Shown in pieces: positions 24,857-38,696 of a stretch of 64,000 nt of DNA. This DNA is from Adineta vaga. Taxonomy: Eukaryota > Animalia > Rotifera. The position numbers and the translations under genes were made by a program. Each line of letters starts with the position of its first letter. The stretch's first letter is position 1. The notes below the pieces were generated by a model. That model searched no databases and was not told the origin of the DNA. It saw nothing but the letters and a program-made list of their open reading frames with translations. The stretch spans positions 10,478,001 to 10,542,000 of the forward strand of contig CP075493.1 in the NCBI GenBank assembly GCA_021613535.1. Direction: 5' to 3'.

Positions 24857-25545
24857 ATGGAAGAAGTTGAAAAACAATGTGAAAAAGAGTATTATGAAGT
24901 GAGTAAAAATCTTCATAATGCTCAAAATATCAAGATCAATGATGATGAAATTAATCAATTGAAAAAGCAGACCAACGAGATTCCTCATTATCAAAACGAC
25001 TTTGTAAAGCAGTCAAAGAATTCAGAGGACTGCCTACTAAATATTTTTAATTAGTTTTCGAGAAAAAAAATGGTGAAATCATCATCCTTGGTCTTCAAAA
25101 TTCTGGAAAAGTAAAAAAAGGAAAAATTCTATTATCAGGTCGATTTTGATTTTCTTTTTAGACAACTTTATTACGTACATTGCAAAATAATCCATTTCAT
25201 GAATATAAATCAAGTTTATGCTCAAGTATGAGGAAATTTTATAGTCAGATTCCATGTAATATAACAGGCAGTACTTTCATTTGTCATTTTTCTTTTCTCA
25301 CTAGATGATCATTTTTGTAAAGGTTTTCTTTCAAGTGCTGATTCGATTTTATTTCTTGTTGATGCAATGGATTCAGTTCAATTTCCTAAGGCAAAAGTAG
25401 AAATCGAGGTTTTACTTGTATTCATATTTGTGTATTTTATCTTAAATTTTGTATTGCTTTTTTTTATTAGAATCTACTGAAAAATGAAAAAGTTTCAAAT
25501 ACACCAATTGTTATAATTGGTAGTAAAAATGATTTGAGGGTGTGA
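24857..25545 (+). pseudogene. Degenerate Sar1/Arf-family small GTPase
   Basis: IIILGLQNSGK|TT (G1), ADSILFLVDAMDSVQFPKAKVEIE|NLLKNEKVSNTPIVIIGSKNDL (G4-like), then stop. No DxxG (G3). Frame break in the A run at 25063-25070. Confidence 0.65.
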
Positions 25546-25747
25546 AGTATTTGAAAAGAGTTTTCTTTATACATATATATGTACTTTTGCATTTTCTTAA
25601 CTCAATTTTATCTTTATTTTAATTACAATATCTTTCGAATTTTGTCTTTGAAGGGTATATTTTTCTTCTTATATATTGATTGTTTTATCTAATCAACAAT
25701 CTTCTTCCATTTACTTTTATTGACATAAAGTTGATGAAAAAAGTCTT

Positions 25748-27445
25748 TTACAATAAAGGAAAATATTGATGAAACGTTTTTGGAGGAACGAACAGCTCAT
25801 TTATGCTAAGGTTGGTCAATTTACTACAAACCAGACGGGTGTAATCATTAGTAAAATTATTTGTAACTAAGATGAGTGATTCACAACTGATAAGAAGGTC
25901 CAACAAACAGGGTAAATAGCAATTTTTGTCAATGAGAAATTGTTCAGCATAATCAACATGTGCATCACCAATATCGAGATAAATCAGATGAGAAAATATG
26001 ATCGATGGTGTTGAATGTTGCTTGTTCTTCTGTGGCGCTTCGTTCATGATGACTAATTTTTTCAATAGGGTAAAACTTTCAGAGATAACTTTGAAAAAGT
26101 TATGTTCGAAAGAATGACAGTCCATCATCATCAGAGATTGAACGTTATCAAAGATTCCACTATGAAAAGAATTATTTAAATAATGAAAGGCTTTGAATTG
26201 ATATGGAAAAGAATATATGTGACATCTACTTTCAAATTCATATGGCAATGAATAGCTATTACATAGACGTCTATTTTTTGTTGCGAAAGTTTCAATATAG
26301 GAAACAACTGGTCCATATTGTATTCCGTTAGAACTGCGCTGAATATCTTCATTTGAGGGAAAATCAATATCAATGTTCTTCTTATCTATATTTGTATATA
26401 TATTGAATTTAAATTTGTTTAATCGTGGCACGTAAATAAGAATATCATCATACAATTGATTACCATCAATATAACTCTTGTTACTTCTTACTATTGACAA
26501 AGATAGTGTTAGTTCTTCAAGATTTGTCATTCGCTGAAGTAACGGAAGAATTTGATCATCATATAAAAATGTGTGTGGATATGATATTAATGAGAAACGT
26601 TTCAATTTTGGAAGCTTTCTCTATAAAAACAAAATCATACCATATTTCTTTAATTATGAAAACAATTGGTCTTTGTTTGACGAAATATCAATAAGTATAC
26701 TTACTGTATTGTCGATAACTGCGACTGGGTATAAAATTATTTTTATCTCTATCACAAATGTTGATAAACAATCTAAACGTCCATCAAGCAGGAAAAGACA
26801 ATCATCAATAATTTCCACCGTAATTTTTAATTCTGTTAATGTTGAAAATAGAAACTTTCTTGGCATTATATCAAAACTACAATACGCTGTGCGATTATCT
26901 AATTGACAAAAACTTAACTTAGTTATTCGTTTGCATAAACGTAATATTGAAGCAAACATATCTCCAAGAAATATACAATGTTCTTTTGTTGGCTCATCTT
27001 TAACATCAATCGTAAGACATGTAATTTGTTGAAGAAGTTTGCGAAGAATTGTATTACCTTCAACAAAAAATATTTACTTATTTTTAGTAATTTTACTATT
27101 GTATTGAAAGTAAATTTGTTTACGTGTTATGTGATTGGAAAGTGATACTTCGGAAAAATCCAAGAGTGTTAATGAGTGAAGCTGAGGATAATCCATGGTA
27201 CGAAGCATACATTCCATCGAATTTGGTTCAATAATGAGTTCATTTATTTGATGATAAAATCGAGGTAAAATATTTTCACAAATTTTATCAAGAACTTGAC
27301 TGTCTATTGAATAGATACGATCAAAATATGATTTCATTCTCATCGAGGTCATATCAAGAGTATGAATAAAAAATGGATCCAGTATCAATTGAATAAATCG
27401 TTGAGTAACATCGACAAGTGAATATAGAACATTAACTACATTCAG
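25748..27445 (-). pseudogene. F-box family gene, 5'-truncated (start of F-box missing), remainder open
   Basis: LNVVNVLYSLVDVTQRFIQLILDPFF is preceded directly by an in-frame TAA. Exons 27445-27124, ~27057-26705 and ~26620-25748 splice in frame, ending FHQYFPLL*. Confidence 0.7.
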
Positions 27446-27654
27446 TTATTTTCTTTCTGTTGAGCACTCTCCTCGTATTGGACAAAAAAGCCGTTCGTTA
27501 TATTGTTTGAGAGGTCATTTCTCTTTTATTGCTATGTGTCTGCTCGTATACTAATGTGAACAGGTAAACTAGAAAACCGTATCATACTGTGATTAACAAA
27601 AGTTTTAAAACTATTCACAGAAAAATCGATATTGAATTGATGAAATGTGTCTAT

Positions 27655-28713
27655 CTATTTGTTAGTCGGTGGCAAAGCCTTTCGACTTGCAGTAAGCGGT
27701 GCAATTCGAACTTCATCTCGATGAAAAAGAACCATTCTAGCTGCATTTTTCCTGTGTATATCTTTCCAAAATCCGGAGAGACATACAAATGGACAAAGTG
27801 TAACAGTAATATATGGTAAATAGACGAAATATTCAAGAAATAATATGGATGCTGTTGATGATAGATTTTGTGTATATGTCGTAGTTTGTCCCGAAATTAA
27901 AAATGGTAACCAACATACTGCATAAAGAATTGCAACGCTTATTAACTGAACAAACATTCGTGCATTTTTCGACCAGATATTTGCTTGTTGCATTCGATGT
28001 TTTTGACAAAATATTTTTATTGTAAGAATTACATTTGCAATCACAAGAGTAAACATTGGGATGCCATGATCAACTAACCAAGAAAAAACTTGCCAGAAAG
28101 GATTGGCCATGAAACATGGCGCGCCACACCAGAAAATTCCATAAAAAAAAGTATTTGCACATGGAAATAGAAATACCAAGAAAATATAAAGACCAATCGG
28201 TAAAATAAAACAAATTGTCAAAGGTATATATCGAAGAAAAATAGGGTATTTACGTAATGTAAATGAATGAAAAATGAATAAATATCGTTCAATACTTCCC
28301 ATTGCCATGATCCAAAGACCAATACCATAAAGTATTGCACTTATAAATGCCCACCATTGACAAAATATTGGTTGCATTATAAGTGCTCGATTTAAATATA
28401 AAAAACTCAATGTTAATGGTAATTCTCCTGTAGCCTACAGAAAAATAAAACGTTTATAGAGCAAAATTCTATCAGAGACTACGTTAATTCAGAAACAAAC
28501 CTGTAAGAAATTAATAATAACTAAACAAATGATAACAAAATTCGTCTGTTTTTGTCGAAGTTCTCGTCGATAAATAAATTGATAAAATAAATATAATGAA
28601 CATAGTAGTGATGGAATCAATAATACTAGTAAAACGATGAAAACAATCAATCGACTTTTCGATGGAGATGGCAATGAAGAAGCTTCAGTGATATTTTCTG
28701 CTAACGAGCTCAT
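27655..28713 (-). CDS. Rhodopsin-family (class A) GPCR, two exons
   Basis: Seven hydrophobic segments. Junction INFLQ|ATGELPL. TM3 ends MGSIERY; TM6 YAVCWLPF; TM7 LCPFVC. Confidence 0.88.
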
Positions 28714-30186
28714 ATTTGATAAATAATGAAGTTGTATTCTAAAGAGAAAAACATGTTCTCCTTTTGTTTTTGTTGCTTCATAAGAAAAACATTACGGAAA
28801 ATGTTGATCAGTGAGAAAACCATTAACACTTGCAAAGAAAATTAGTTTTTTAATTCAGTATATCATTTTGAACAAGCTTATTGTCTTAAAAGATTACAAA
28901 AATTGATCGGATAATGGTAAAAAGCATATAAAAAAAGTTTATTCAGTCTAAATGAATATATCTATTTTTTATACTTACATTTTTATAGGTCTCACATCTT
29001 TAAGATATTTCAATCTAAAGACTCAAGTACTATAATTGATCGTTCAGTACTGAGAGATGTATTTGTGAACAATGCGTTTTTTTTAAATATAGAATTGTAG
29101 TCTTCTTCTCTGTTGTGATGTATTCTTGAGAAACATTCAGTGAAATCGCTAAAGTTTTTTGAAAAGAAATTCTAAACTATACTATTCTATTCTATTTAGT
29201 TGAATACATGAGAAACGAGAAGAATAACGTCAGTACTTACAAACTATTCAACATCGATAAACAGCTGTGAGCAAAAAGACCTTAAATTAGATGAGACACT
29301 AACATCAAAGGTGAAGTAAAATCATTATGAACTAGATCATTTAGTAAATGTAAACTAATTATCTTTTTTTGCATTATGTATTGCTTCTATTCACTTAAGA
29401 ATTCATACATGTATGATCGGAAATTAACTTTACGTTCAAGGAGATTCCTGTTAATCAACAAGAAATAGAAAGATCTGTTAAATGTAGATCTGACTTATGT
29501 CAAACTTCTGATGTCACAATAAATCTTGGTTAAAGATTCAGATTCGAGGTAGAAAATAATAAATCTCATGAAACCATGATCTCATCATTAATTACTTAAG
29601 TTCAGTTCGAAGAGAAGACTTCTACTCAAACATATATATGTAATCTATTAAAAGATGCAAATCTCTGACGAGAAAATACCATTCAAAGTTAATCAAGTAG
29701 CAAAAAAAGAAAGGATTCTTTTGTTTTCATAATTCTACTCGTGGGTGTTAAATTATAATAGAAAACATTTTCCACTCTAAGATCGACAAAAGACAACTAT
29801 TCTTCAATATAATAAAAGCTAATTATCTTTACTTTCAATTATTATAAAATATTAATTATTGCTTTTACATATTACAACTAAGAAAACGATTCGATGAATG
29901 ACATATTATGTATCAGCTGCTTTGATTCACACACGCGAAGTGTGCGATATTTTAAATAATCTAGATGTTTTTCTAGCACAGATCGTATATGTGATTCTTA
30001 TTCGATCAGTTATTGCGTAGTTTTGATGAAATAACTCTTCTATTGAAGTAGGTCAGTGCATCTCACGATGATGAGAATAGTAAATATTGCACTAGCAGAT
30101 TTTTTGTTATCTTTTCTGATATATAAAACAAAGATCTTCAGACGAAATTTTATCTGTTTTTTTTTACAACATAATACATTGTCATA

Positions 30187-31403
30187 ATGCATTTGCTTCT
30201 CTTTGTCATTGCTATTTTTGGAAGCATCCAGGCAACAAATGGTAATGAACACTTTTTATCACTTTGGAATCTGTTCAAACGTACGCATGAAAAACAATAT
30301 GCGAATATTCGAGAGGAACAATATCGGTAGGAAGAATCGATAGAATCTGATAGCATAGGAATTGAATATTTATAGTATGGGTGTATTCAAAGATAATGTT
30401 GCATTGATTGATCGACATAACTTCGAAGCTGATCAAGGTTTACATTCATATACGCTTAAAATCAATCAATTTGCTGATATGGTATATTGAAAATATTCTT
30501 GATACTTATTGTTCAAAGTTTTTATATTTTAGACTCATGAAGAATTTGTTCAAACAATGTTAAGTGGACTTAAACCGTCAGCAGCAACACATTCATCTAA
30601 AATATATAATCCACCATCAAATGTTGAAATACCAACAGCTGTTGGTTCGTATTGAAAAATTTAGTAAACGTACGATAAGTTTCTTTGCATTAGATTGGCG
30701 AAAGAAAGGTGTCGTGACAAATGTTATTGAAAATCAAGGTCAATGTGGTTCATGCTGGGCCTTTACAGCAACTGGTGCTTTAGAAGGACAACATGCAATT
30801 AAAACAGGAAATTTAGTACGATTATCAGCACAAAATCTAATGGATTGTTCAAATAGTTTTGGTAATTATGGTTGTAATGGTGGTCTGATGGATTATGCAT
30901 TTGATTACATTAAATCCAATGATGGTGTAGATACTGAAGCAAGTTATCCATATGAAGCAAAAGATGGAACATGCCGTTTTAAACGAGAAAATGTTGGTGC
31001 TACTGATACAGTACGTGATTATTCTTTATTATTATTGTTATTATTATTATTATTTATCATATAGGGTTATGTTGATCTTCCAGTAGGTAATGAAACTACT
31101 CTAACAATCGCTATTGCTCTTGTTGGACCAATATCCACCGCTATCGATGCTCAAACTCAAAGTCAATCGTTTCAATTCTATTCATCTGGTGTTTATGATG
31201 AACCTAATTGTGGAACACAACTATGTCATTCCTTCGTTTTAGTTGGATATGATACATTTAATAATGGTACAGTTAGTAAAGATTATTATATTGCAAAAAA
31301 TTCATGGGGTGATACATGGGGCATGAAAGGATATGTATGGATGAGTCGTAATAAAAATAATCAATGTGGTATTGCAAATACGGGCAGTTATCCTACAGTT
31401 TAA
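30187..31403 (+). CDS. CTSL: Cathepsin L-like cysteine protease
   Basis: Signal peptide [22 protein letters not shown]-type prodomain and [45 protein letters not shown], ending GSYPTV*. Five exons. Confidence 0.93.
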
Positions 31404-31721
31404 AAGACAGAATTTCTTTCGTGAAAGAAAATTTATTTTATTGTCATATTTGTTCTTTTATTCTTTTGTATTGTAATTGATTAAATTCATCTGGTTACAA
31501 TAAACTACGTAAAATTGCACATATTTCCTGGTTTTATTATCTTTGTCATTCATCAAAGCGAAAGCGACAACTAGTCGGCAAAATTTTATTTGTTAAATTT
31601 CCATCAACCAATAAGATTGATGACGAATAGGATAAGTAATTTCGAGAGAACAAAGATATTTCATAGGAGTCTTACACTATATAATGTCATTAAATTTTGA
31701 AATTATTTTGGTATTTTCTAA

Positions 31722-34700
31722 ATGGCAGAATCAACTGCATCATCGATTAATATCGATAAGATTCTTCAAGTTTTTCAAGAAAAACCTAATAAAAATCAAA
31801 AGTATTTTGTTATTTTATATAAAATTTCTTACTTATTCTTGTCTGTTTGTAGTCAAATATCAGTTAAGCCTGAACATCATGAACAATGGATGAATAATTC
31901 CATTTTTTTCCGACAAATGACTCAAGATATTTCGTGTAATTCACTTTTGCATGATTTATCAAATTTGATATCTTTATTCTCTCTTATAGCATTACCAACC
32001 GTATCATCAAAAAAGGATATTCCTTCCGAATCGCCTACAGTAGTTCCTGAAAGCTCGGAAACATCTTCTACACCACGTGAAATCAAACTCTATTCTGCTA
32101 CACAATTTCGTTCACATATCAATCGAATATATCCATTTCATTTGGATTATTTTTCCGAAAAACTCTCTTCACTCGATTTCGAACAACATCGAATGGGTTT
32201 ATATGTATTCTATGATGTTAATCGAGGATGTTTAATCAATGATGTAGAAAAAGAATCAAATAAAAAAACAAATCGAGGAAAAAATATGAAAGTAAAATGA
32301 TAAGATTTAGATGAAGAATTTTTGAGTAAATCGAAATGATTTGTTTAGAGAATGAATGGATTACTATTAAATGAACATCGAATGTTTAATGAAAATGCTA
32401 AAGACTATGCTACAAAACATTTAAAAAGAGATTATGAAGCAATGAAACCATCCGTCAATCAATTCATGCAAGTAATAAAGAATTTATTTAATTGTAAATC
32501 AGTGAAAATTAAAATGTGTTGATTGTTAATAGGCATGGTTACAACGTAAGACTGATCTTCTACGTAAACGATCGGATGCACTCGAACAGTTCTATACACA
32601 TCAAATGACAATTCCATTGAATTCCTATGATTCATTAACTCCAGTTACTTTTGTTAATTTGTCAACTATTTTACGATTGGTTCGTAATTACAATTATTAG
32701 AAGTATGACGAAATTTGATTGATTCTTTTAGGGTACAATACCATTGTTAACAATTCCTGAACAAATTGAACAAATGAATGTCAAATGTAGTGATAATCAG
32801 GATCATATTATCTCAAATCGTTTCAATTCAAATTATCGATTGACTGTAAGATTTTAAAAGAGATCTACATGTCTACTGAAAACTTTCAAGCTATTTCTTC
32901 TTTTAGAATTTAGTGAATGATCCTAATCTTCTTGCCATAATATCTCAACATCCAACCATTGATATTGTTCTCACTAAATCTAGTTTTCGTCTTCTTATTG
33001 AATTATTTTCATCGTCTTCATCACCAATGACATTGCCTGTATCCATTCGTGAATTTCAATTTGAAGCAATTGATAATCCCAATCCGGTGAAGAAAAAAGT
33101 TATTTTCATTGATAAATCATTACGTCATCGTGCTTATACAAAACGTGAATTAAATAATAAGTTCTATCAACGATCATTTCGTTCACTATTACTGACAATA
33201 ACAGGTGGAAAACGAGAAACAACGGATAATCAATTTTATCATACTAGTTTCAATAATAAAACCGAATTTCAAATTACTGAAATTAAGAATAAAGCATCGG
33301 AAAAATCTTTAGATAAACAAGATAAAACTGAAGAGAAAGAAATCATTAATGAAGATGATGATGACGATGAAGAAGAAGATGGTGCTATGATTATTAGTAC
33401 AGGTACGTTGAAAACAAAGTTTTTCTTTCAAATTCATGACATTCTTCAATTATTTAGATGGTGATAATGAAGAGCAACAAAAATTATTCAGTAAATCCAA
33501 ACAAAAAATTATTCAATCAGCTCCTGTTCTTCAAGAACGAGAATCTGATCAACCTGAAAATGCCAACAATAATCCCGAAGGTAAATTACATGAGTTAATT
33601 TCTAACTACAATATAATTTCATTTATTTTAGTTCCTGTTATGACTCGTGTGAAACTTGCTACACCTGTTCAAGGTAATTACGAATATTGTCTATGGCAAT
33701 TAGGTACACTACAAGTTCTAATTCGTTCAAGTTATCATGGATTTTGTCGGCATACGCTTCCCAATATCCATGATGAATTAATAACATGTTATGCAAAACT
33801 TGAATATCAACCGCAATTTGGTTGTGAACAAATTACTGATAAAGAATATCGATCAATTTGGTTTGAATCTTATCTAAGACATGGAGCAAGTGTTTTACTC
33901 GGTTTGTTTAGTTAATTTTTGTTTTGTTTTTGATAAGAAGATGAGAAAATTCTTCCTAGGACGAATTAATGTATTTACACAACAATTACTCAAAGTCGAA
34001 AAGATGGTATATGAAAATATTGATCAAAATTTAAAAGAATGTCAAATTGAGTAAGATTTCTTTGTTTTTCTTTAACAGATAGATATTTATTGATATGAAA
34101 TTTTAGTATGTTAAAACCAATTACGAAAGTTTATGGATTATTATATGGTTTGCAAAGGTTGAAGAAAGATTTTTAATCATCAAAAATCTGAACTGTTTCT
34201 TTTTTTATTTCTTTTAGTTTAGAACCAAAGAATTATTTATTATCATGTCCATTGAATGATGATAAACTTCATTTATATCAAACAGTATCCAATGAACTAG
34301 AAGAGTATATTATGAACATCGCTCTTATCTTTATCTTGTTGTTCTTATTTGTTATTTTTAGAACAAAATTTGATCTTCATGCAGAACCTTTCGAAACAAA
34401 TGATCTTCTCATTGAAGCCGATCGTATTTCAGTTCCATGGGTTCCTTTAACACCTGCGTTACTTTTACCATATCATATCGATTTTGAACGTGTTCCATTG
34501 ACATTTTGTCCACGACATAAACGTATTGAATATTTTGTTAGTTAATAATGAATTATTTATGTATATGTTCTTTTTCAGGTTCTTATGATATTGATATTAC
34601 GATTCCGGCGTATCGAAAACGTCGAAATATTATTCGACAAGAAGAGAAAACGAATCAAGATAAGAAGAAACGAAAGAAAATTAAGAAGAAAAATGCCCAA

Positions 34701-34730
34701 CGAAGAAAAAAGAAACAATCAGATGAATAA
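31722..34730 (+). CDS. ICE2: ICE2/NARG2-like little elongation complex subunit
   Basis: NARG2_C-like block NYEYCLWQLGTLQVLIRS...AKLEYQPQFGCEQITDKEYRSIW...LLGRINVFT. Basic C-terminal tail. Many GT-AG introns. Confidence 0.75.
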
Positions 34731-34806
34731 AATCAGATGTGTTTGATTCTATTTTGAAAATAAACGATAAAATTTCATATTTTCATTTGTAGTCTATTTG
34801 TTTATA

Positions 34807-35835
34807 ATGCTTCGTAAGTTTTCAGATAACAAAAAGAAAATGGATGATTATTCAACCAAAATTAAGAGTTCAGCAGAACATCTAATTCGAAGTGAATTTC
34901 CAGAAAAAGCTCTAGAATTGGATACACTCGTTTCGGTATGTTCAATTCCAATGCTATTTGAATTCTATTAGAAAATTTTTGTTAGAGTGAAGAATTATCT
35001 TTCAATGAAGTACCAAAAATTCGTGCAGAAATTCAATTACCAACAGCTGATGATATCATAGTACATTTAAACAACGTAAGTAATCTTAAATGATTTCTTG
35101 TTATTCGATAATTTGAAAACAAATGATTAAAGAATCATCATTCTTCAACATCTACTAACAATGGTTCTCATCCGGAAAAATCGACTTCATCTTCAACCTA
35201 TGTCTTCAATGGTACAGTTCCATCGAATCCTTTAATATCCATTCTTGAAGATAAACTTCGACCTTATATTCTTCATTTTCTCGATAGTGTATGTCGAATT
35301 CTCTCTTGTTCTTTATGCATATTCTATACATACTTGAAATAATTTTCAGGTTGCAATAATTAAATTATGGATTCAATTAATGATTCCAAAAGTTGAAGAT
35401 GGTAATAATTTTGGTGTGAGCATTCAAGAAGTAAGTAACTATAGTTTATATTTTGAGAAAGAATTGTTTTATATAACTATTTTATTTTGTTAGGATTCTT
35501 TAGCTGAAGTTCGAACATTAGAAACTGAAGTAGCACAATATATTGATTTAACATGCAAATATCTTATTTCTCGTGGTGAACTTATTAAAAAAGTGGTGAA
35601 ATATCCTCATGTAGAAGATTATCGTCGAAGTGTTCAATCATTAGATGAGAAACAATTTGTTTCATTACGATTCGTCGCTTTAGAACTTCGCAATCATTAT
35701 GTAAACGATAAAAATAAAACAATGTTCTTTTATTGAATCTTTTCTTCATTTTAGACAAGTGTTCACGATCTTTTCATGAAAAATTTAGAAAAAATCAAAA
35801 AACCACGATCAAATCAAACAAATTCGATGTATTAA
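34807..35835 (+). CDS. PSME3: Proteasome activator PA28/REG subunit
   Basis: FPEKALELD, WIQLMIPKVEDGNNFGVSIQE, KYPHVEDYRR, ELRNHY, KNLEKIKKPRS...SMY*. Missed by the ORF track because the exons are short. Confidence 0.93.
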
Positions 35836-36277
35836 GATATCTATTTTTTGTTCTATTTCGTTAATAAAAAAAAATTGTTATTGTTATTCATACATACGAA
35901 TATAAGTTTGGCGAGGAGGAGAGCTAAATTCGCTGAAATAGAATACCCCATGGAAAAGTTCACTAAGGAAAGATATTCTAAAGAAAAGATAATATTTCTT
36001 CATTTCAACAACATGATACATAAGACGAAGAATATCGGATGATTCGATCGAATGGGTACTAGTTAAAAGTGCGTATAAATAAATTTCTCGTTTGCCTCTA
36101 TAATGGTAAGAATGAAAACGAAAGCCATTTGTGTATATAGACGAATATTTTCTAAATTCTTTTCTTCTTTTCTTTTTAAACATATATTTTTAACACATAG
36201 TGTGTTGTACGATACTGAAAAGTGAATGCTAAAAGGATTACATCGATTTTTATTCGTTTAATTTCAATCGGACTATA

Positions 36278-36785
36278 ATGAAAACACATTTATTCAGTAT
36301 TGTTATATTCTTTTTAATAAATCTATGGTTCATCAATGGAATCGCTATCGATGATTTCCATTGTAAAGTACCAACTTGTCGAGATGTTCATTATGTAAGT
36401 TGATCTTTTTCTTTTGGAATAGAAGATCTGTTTATTTTTTAATTTTTTTAGGGATTAAAGGATCTCCCACAACGAAGTGAATATGTAGAAGTTTGTTATG
36501 ATACTGTCTTTTCTCTACAAGCTATTCCTACACAACATGGTAAATGCATTAATGAAAAAACCGGAAAATTGAATCCTCCATGTATCTGTAAGTTTACTCT
36601 TGCTCCTCTTTGGTTTAAGTTCATTCAATATTTTAGATGCATTGGCGGCAGTTATAAAAGACTGTATAGATCGTATGACGGAGCTTCCAAAGAAAAACGC
36701 AAGCTTTTATTGTGGATATACATTGATGAAATATTGTGCTGTGCATCTTGGTCTTGAAAATTTTCCATTAAATTTTGATTTTTAA
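36278..36785 (+). CDS. Small secreted 8-Cys protein, paralogue A
   Basis: 3 exons: MKTHLFSIVIFFLINLWFINGIAIDDFHCKVPTCRDVHY|GLKDLPQRSEYVEVCYDTVFSLQAIPTQHGKCINEKTGKLNPPCI|YALAAVIKDCIDRMTELPKKNASFYCGYTLMKYCAVHLGLENFPLNFDF*. Confidence 0.85.
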
Positions 36786-38200
36786 ATATTTCTCACGAAG
36801 ATATATTCATTGAACAAGACCATTAAATGAGAATATGATTTTTCTGTTTGTGTTTTTTTGTTTATTTTGTTTTTACATTCGTATATCATGATACATAAAA
36901 ACAGACAGATATTAAAGGTTGGATAAAAATATTCCGCTTTCTTTTCTAGAAGGGATTTTACCAAAAATCTATGGTTCTTCATAGTACAAAGATATTCATG
37001 AACACATTTACAAGTTTTATCAGAGGAGACAATATGTTTAATGCAATGATCTTTTGTATTGTTTCTACACCTTTTTTAGTTTTGTATATTTGAAATGTAC
37101 TCAAATGTTTTAGTTTTGTGAAATCTAACTTGATGATTTTTGAAGTATGTAATCGGAAACGCTTTTTTCTGAAATGCTATGACATTATTCTAAACTCGAA
37201 TAGAACTATTAAAATATTTATATGAAAAGAAATTCCTGACAATTGAAGAAGAAAAGACATCTGTACGATGAATATATTAATTGCTATTTAGTACAAATTA
37301 TTTCAATCAAAATGAATACAACTGACGAAAATAATATGCATCATTTTGGTTTTCTTCAGGTAATTGAGCTCAATTGGACGATTGTTGTCAGATCCATGTG
37401 AATTCATTTTGAACTTTTCTATTGTATCTTGAAGATATGGGTATTGTGTTTTTATCAGTTACCTACCTTCCTATCAGAAAAATATACATTTTCGGCAAAA
37501 GAAAGCTATCAGAATGTTTAGATTTCAAAACAAAATCATATTTTAAGATCAAAAGGTATTTCGTAAATTCTCTTTCTGCCCTTGTACACTTTTTACCACG
37601 AAAAAGTTTGTTTTGAATCATCATGATGGATATGGATAGGTCAGAAGTGTCATATTCTATATAGAGCTGTTTCTCCCATCTTCCCATCAGGAGTCCTGAT
37701 CGAAATATTCTCATAGTAAAGATTAACCTTTAAACTTTCTTCTTTTCCCACGAATATGACGTTATAGAACAACTCATTAAAAATTCAACAGTCAAAAGCT
37801 TTAACTAATATTATTTCACACATATGTACACAATATCAGTTAGGCATTCACTTTATTCCTCTCGTTGATTTCTTTAATATTCTCTATTCTATTTTTTCAT
37901 TATATTCAATGCGCATTGATGTATGTAATGATACTTAAATTTTTCCTCAACTAAAACTTTATCAATCACTACCATTCACATAAAAATCGTCGAGTAAATA
38001 CAGTGAAAGTCTCATAGCAGAATATTTAACTACATAATGACATAGTTCTAAATTTAACATCGACATTAGGCATAAAAACGCTTATCTATTTTCCCAGCTT
38101 CGAGTGCACGTTAAATATTGCATACCAATGTGGTATATAAAAGAGAAAATAGTCGAAATATTTGTTATTTGTGTGTACTTTCGTTATAAACAATTTCACA

Positions 38201-38696
38201 ATGGACAAAATTTTATTTGCTTTATTTATATTATTTGTTTTGTGTACAAATGGATATACAATTCTCATTGATGACTTTTTTTGTAAAACATCAACATGTC
38301 GAGATTTCCATGATGTATGTTAATGTTATTTTTTGTCTATTTATTTAATTATTTTTTTTTAGGGACTAGAACATCTTTCACGCTATATTGATTATGAAAA
38401 GATATGCGAAGATACTGTCTTCTCTCTACAAGCTATTCCTAGTAAACATGGCAAATGTATTGATGAAAAAACCCGAAAACTGAATCCTCCATGTATCTGT
38501 AAGTTTACTCTTGCTCCTCTTTGATTTAATTTCATTCAATATTTTAGATGCATTGGCGGCAGTTATAAAAGACTGTATAGATCGTATGAGTTATCTTCCA
38601 CAAAAAAACGCAAGCTTTTATTGTGGATATACATTGATGAAATATTGTGCTATACATGTTGGTCTTGAAAATCTTCGATCGAATTCTGATCATTAG
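38201..38696 (+). CDS. Small secreted 8-Cys protein, paralogue B
   Basis: MDKILFALFILFVLCTNGYTILIDDFFCKTSTCRDFHD|GLEHLSRYIDYEKICEDTVFSLQAIPSKHGKCIDEKTRKLNPPCI|YALAAVIKDCIDRMSYLPQKNASFYCGYTLMKYCAIHVGLENLRSNSDH*; same intron positions as A. Confidence 0.85.

Noticed and set aside
37200-37760. Degenerate minus-strand coding remnant between secreted genes A and B
   Set aside because: Short broken frames with no recognisable family; would need blastx.
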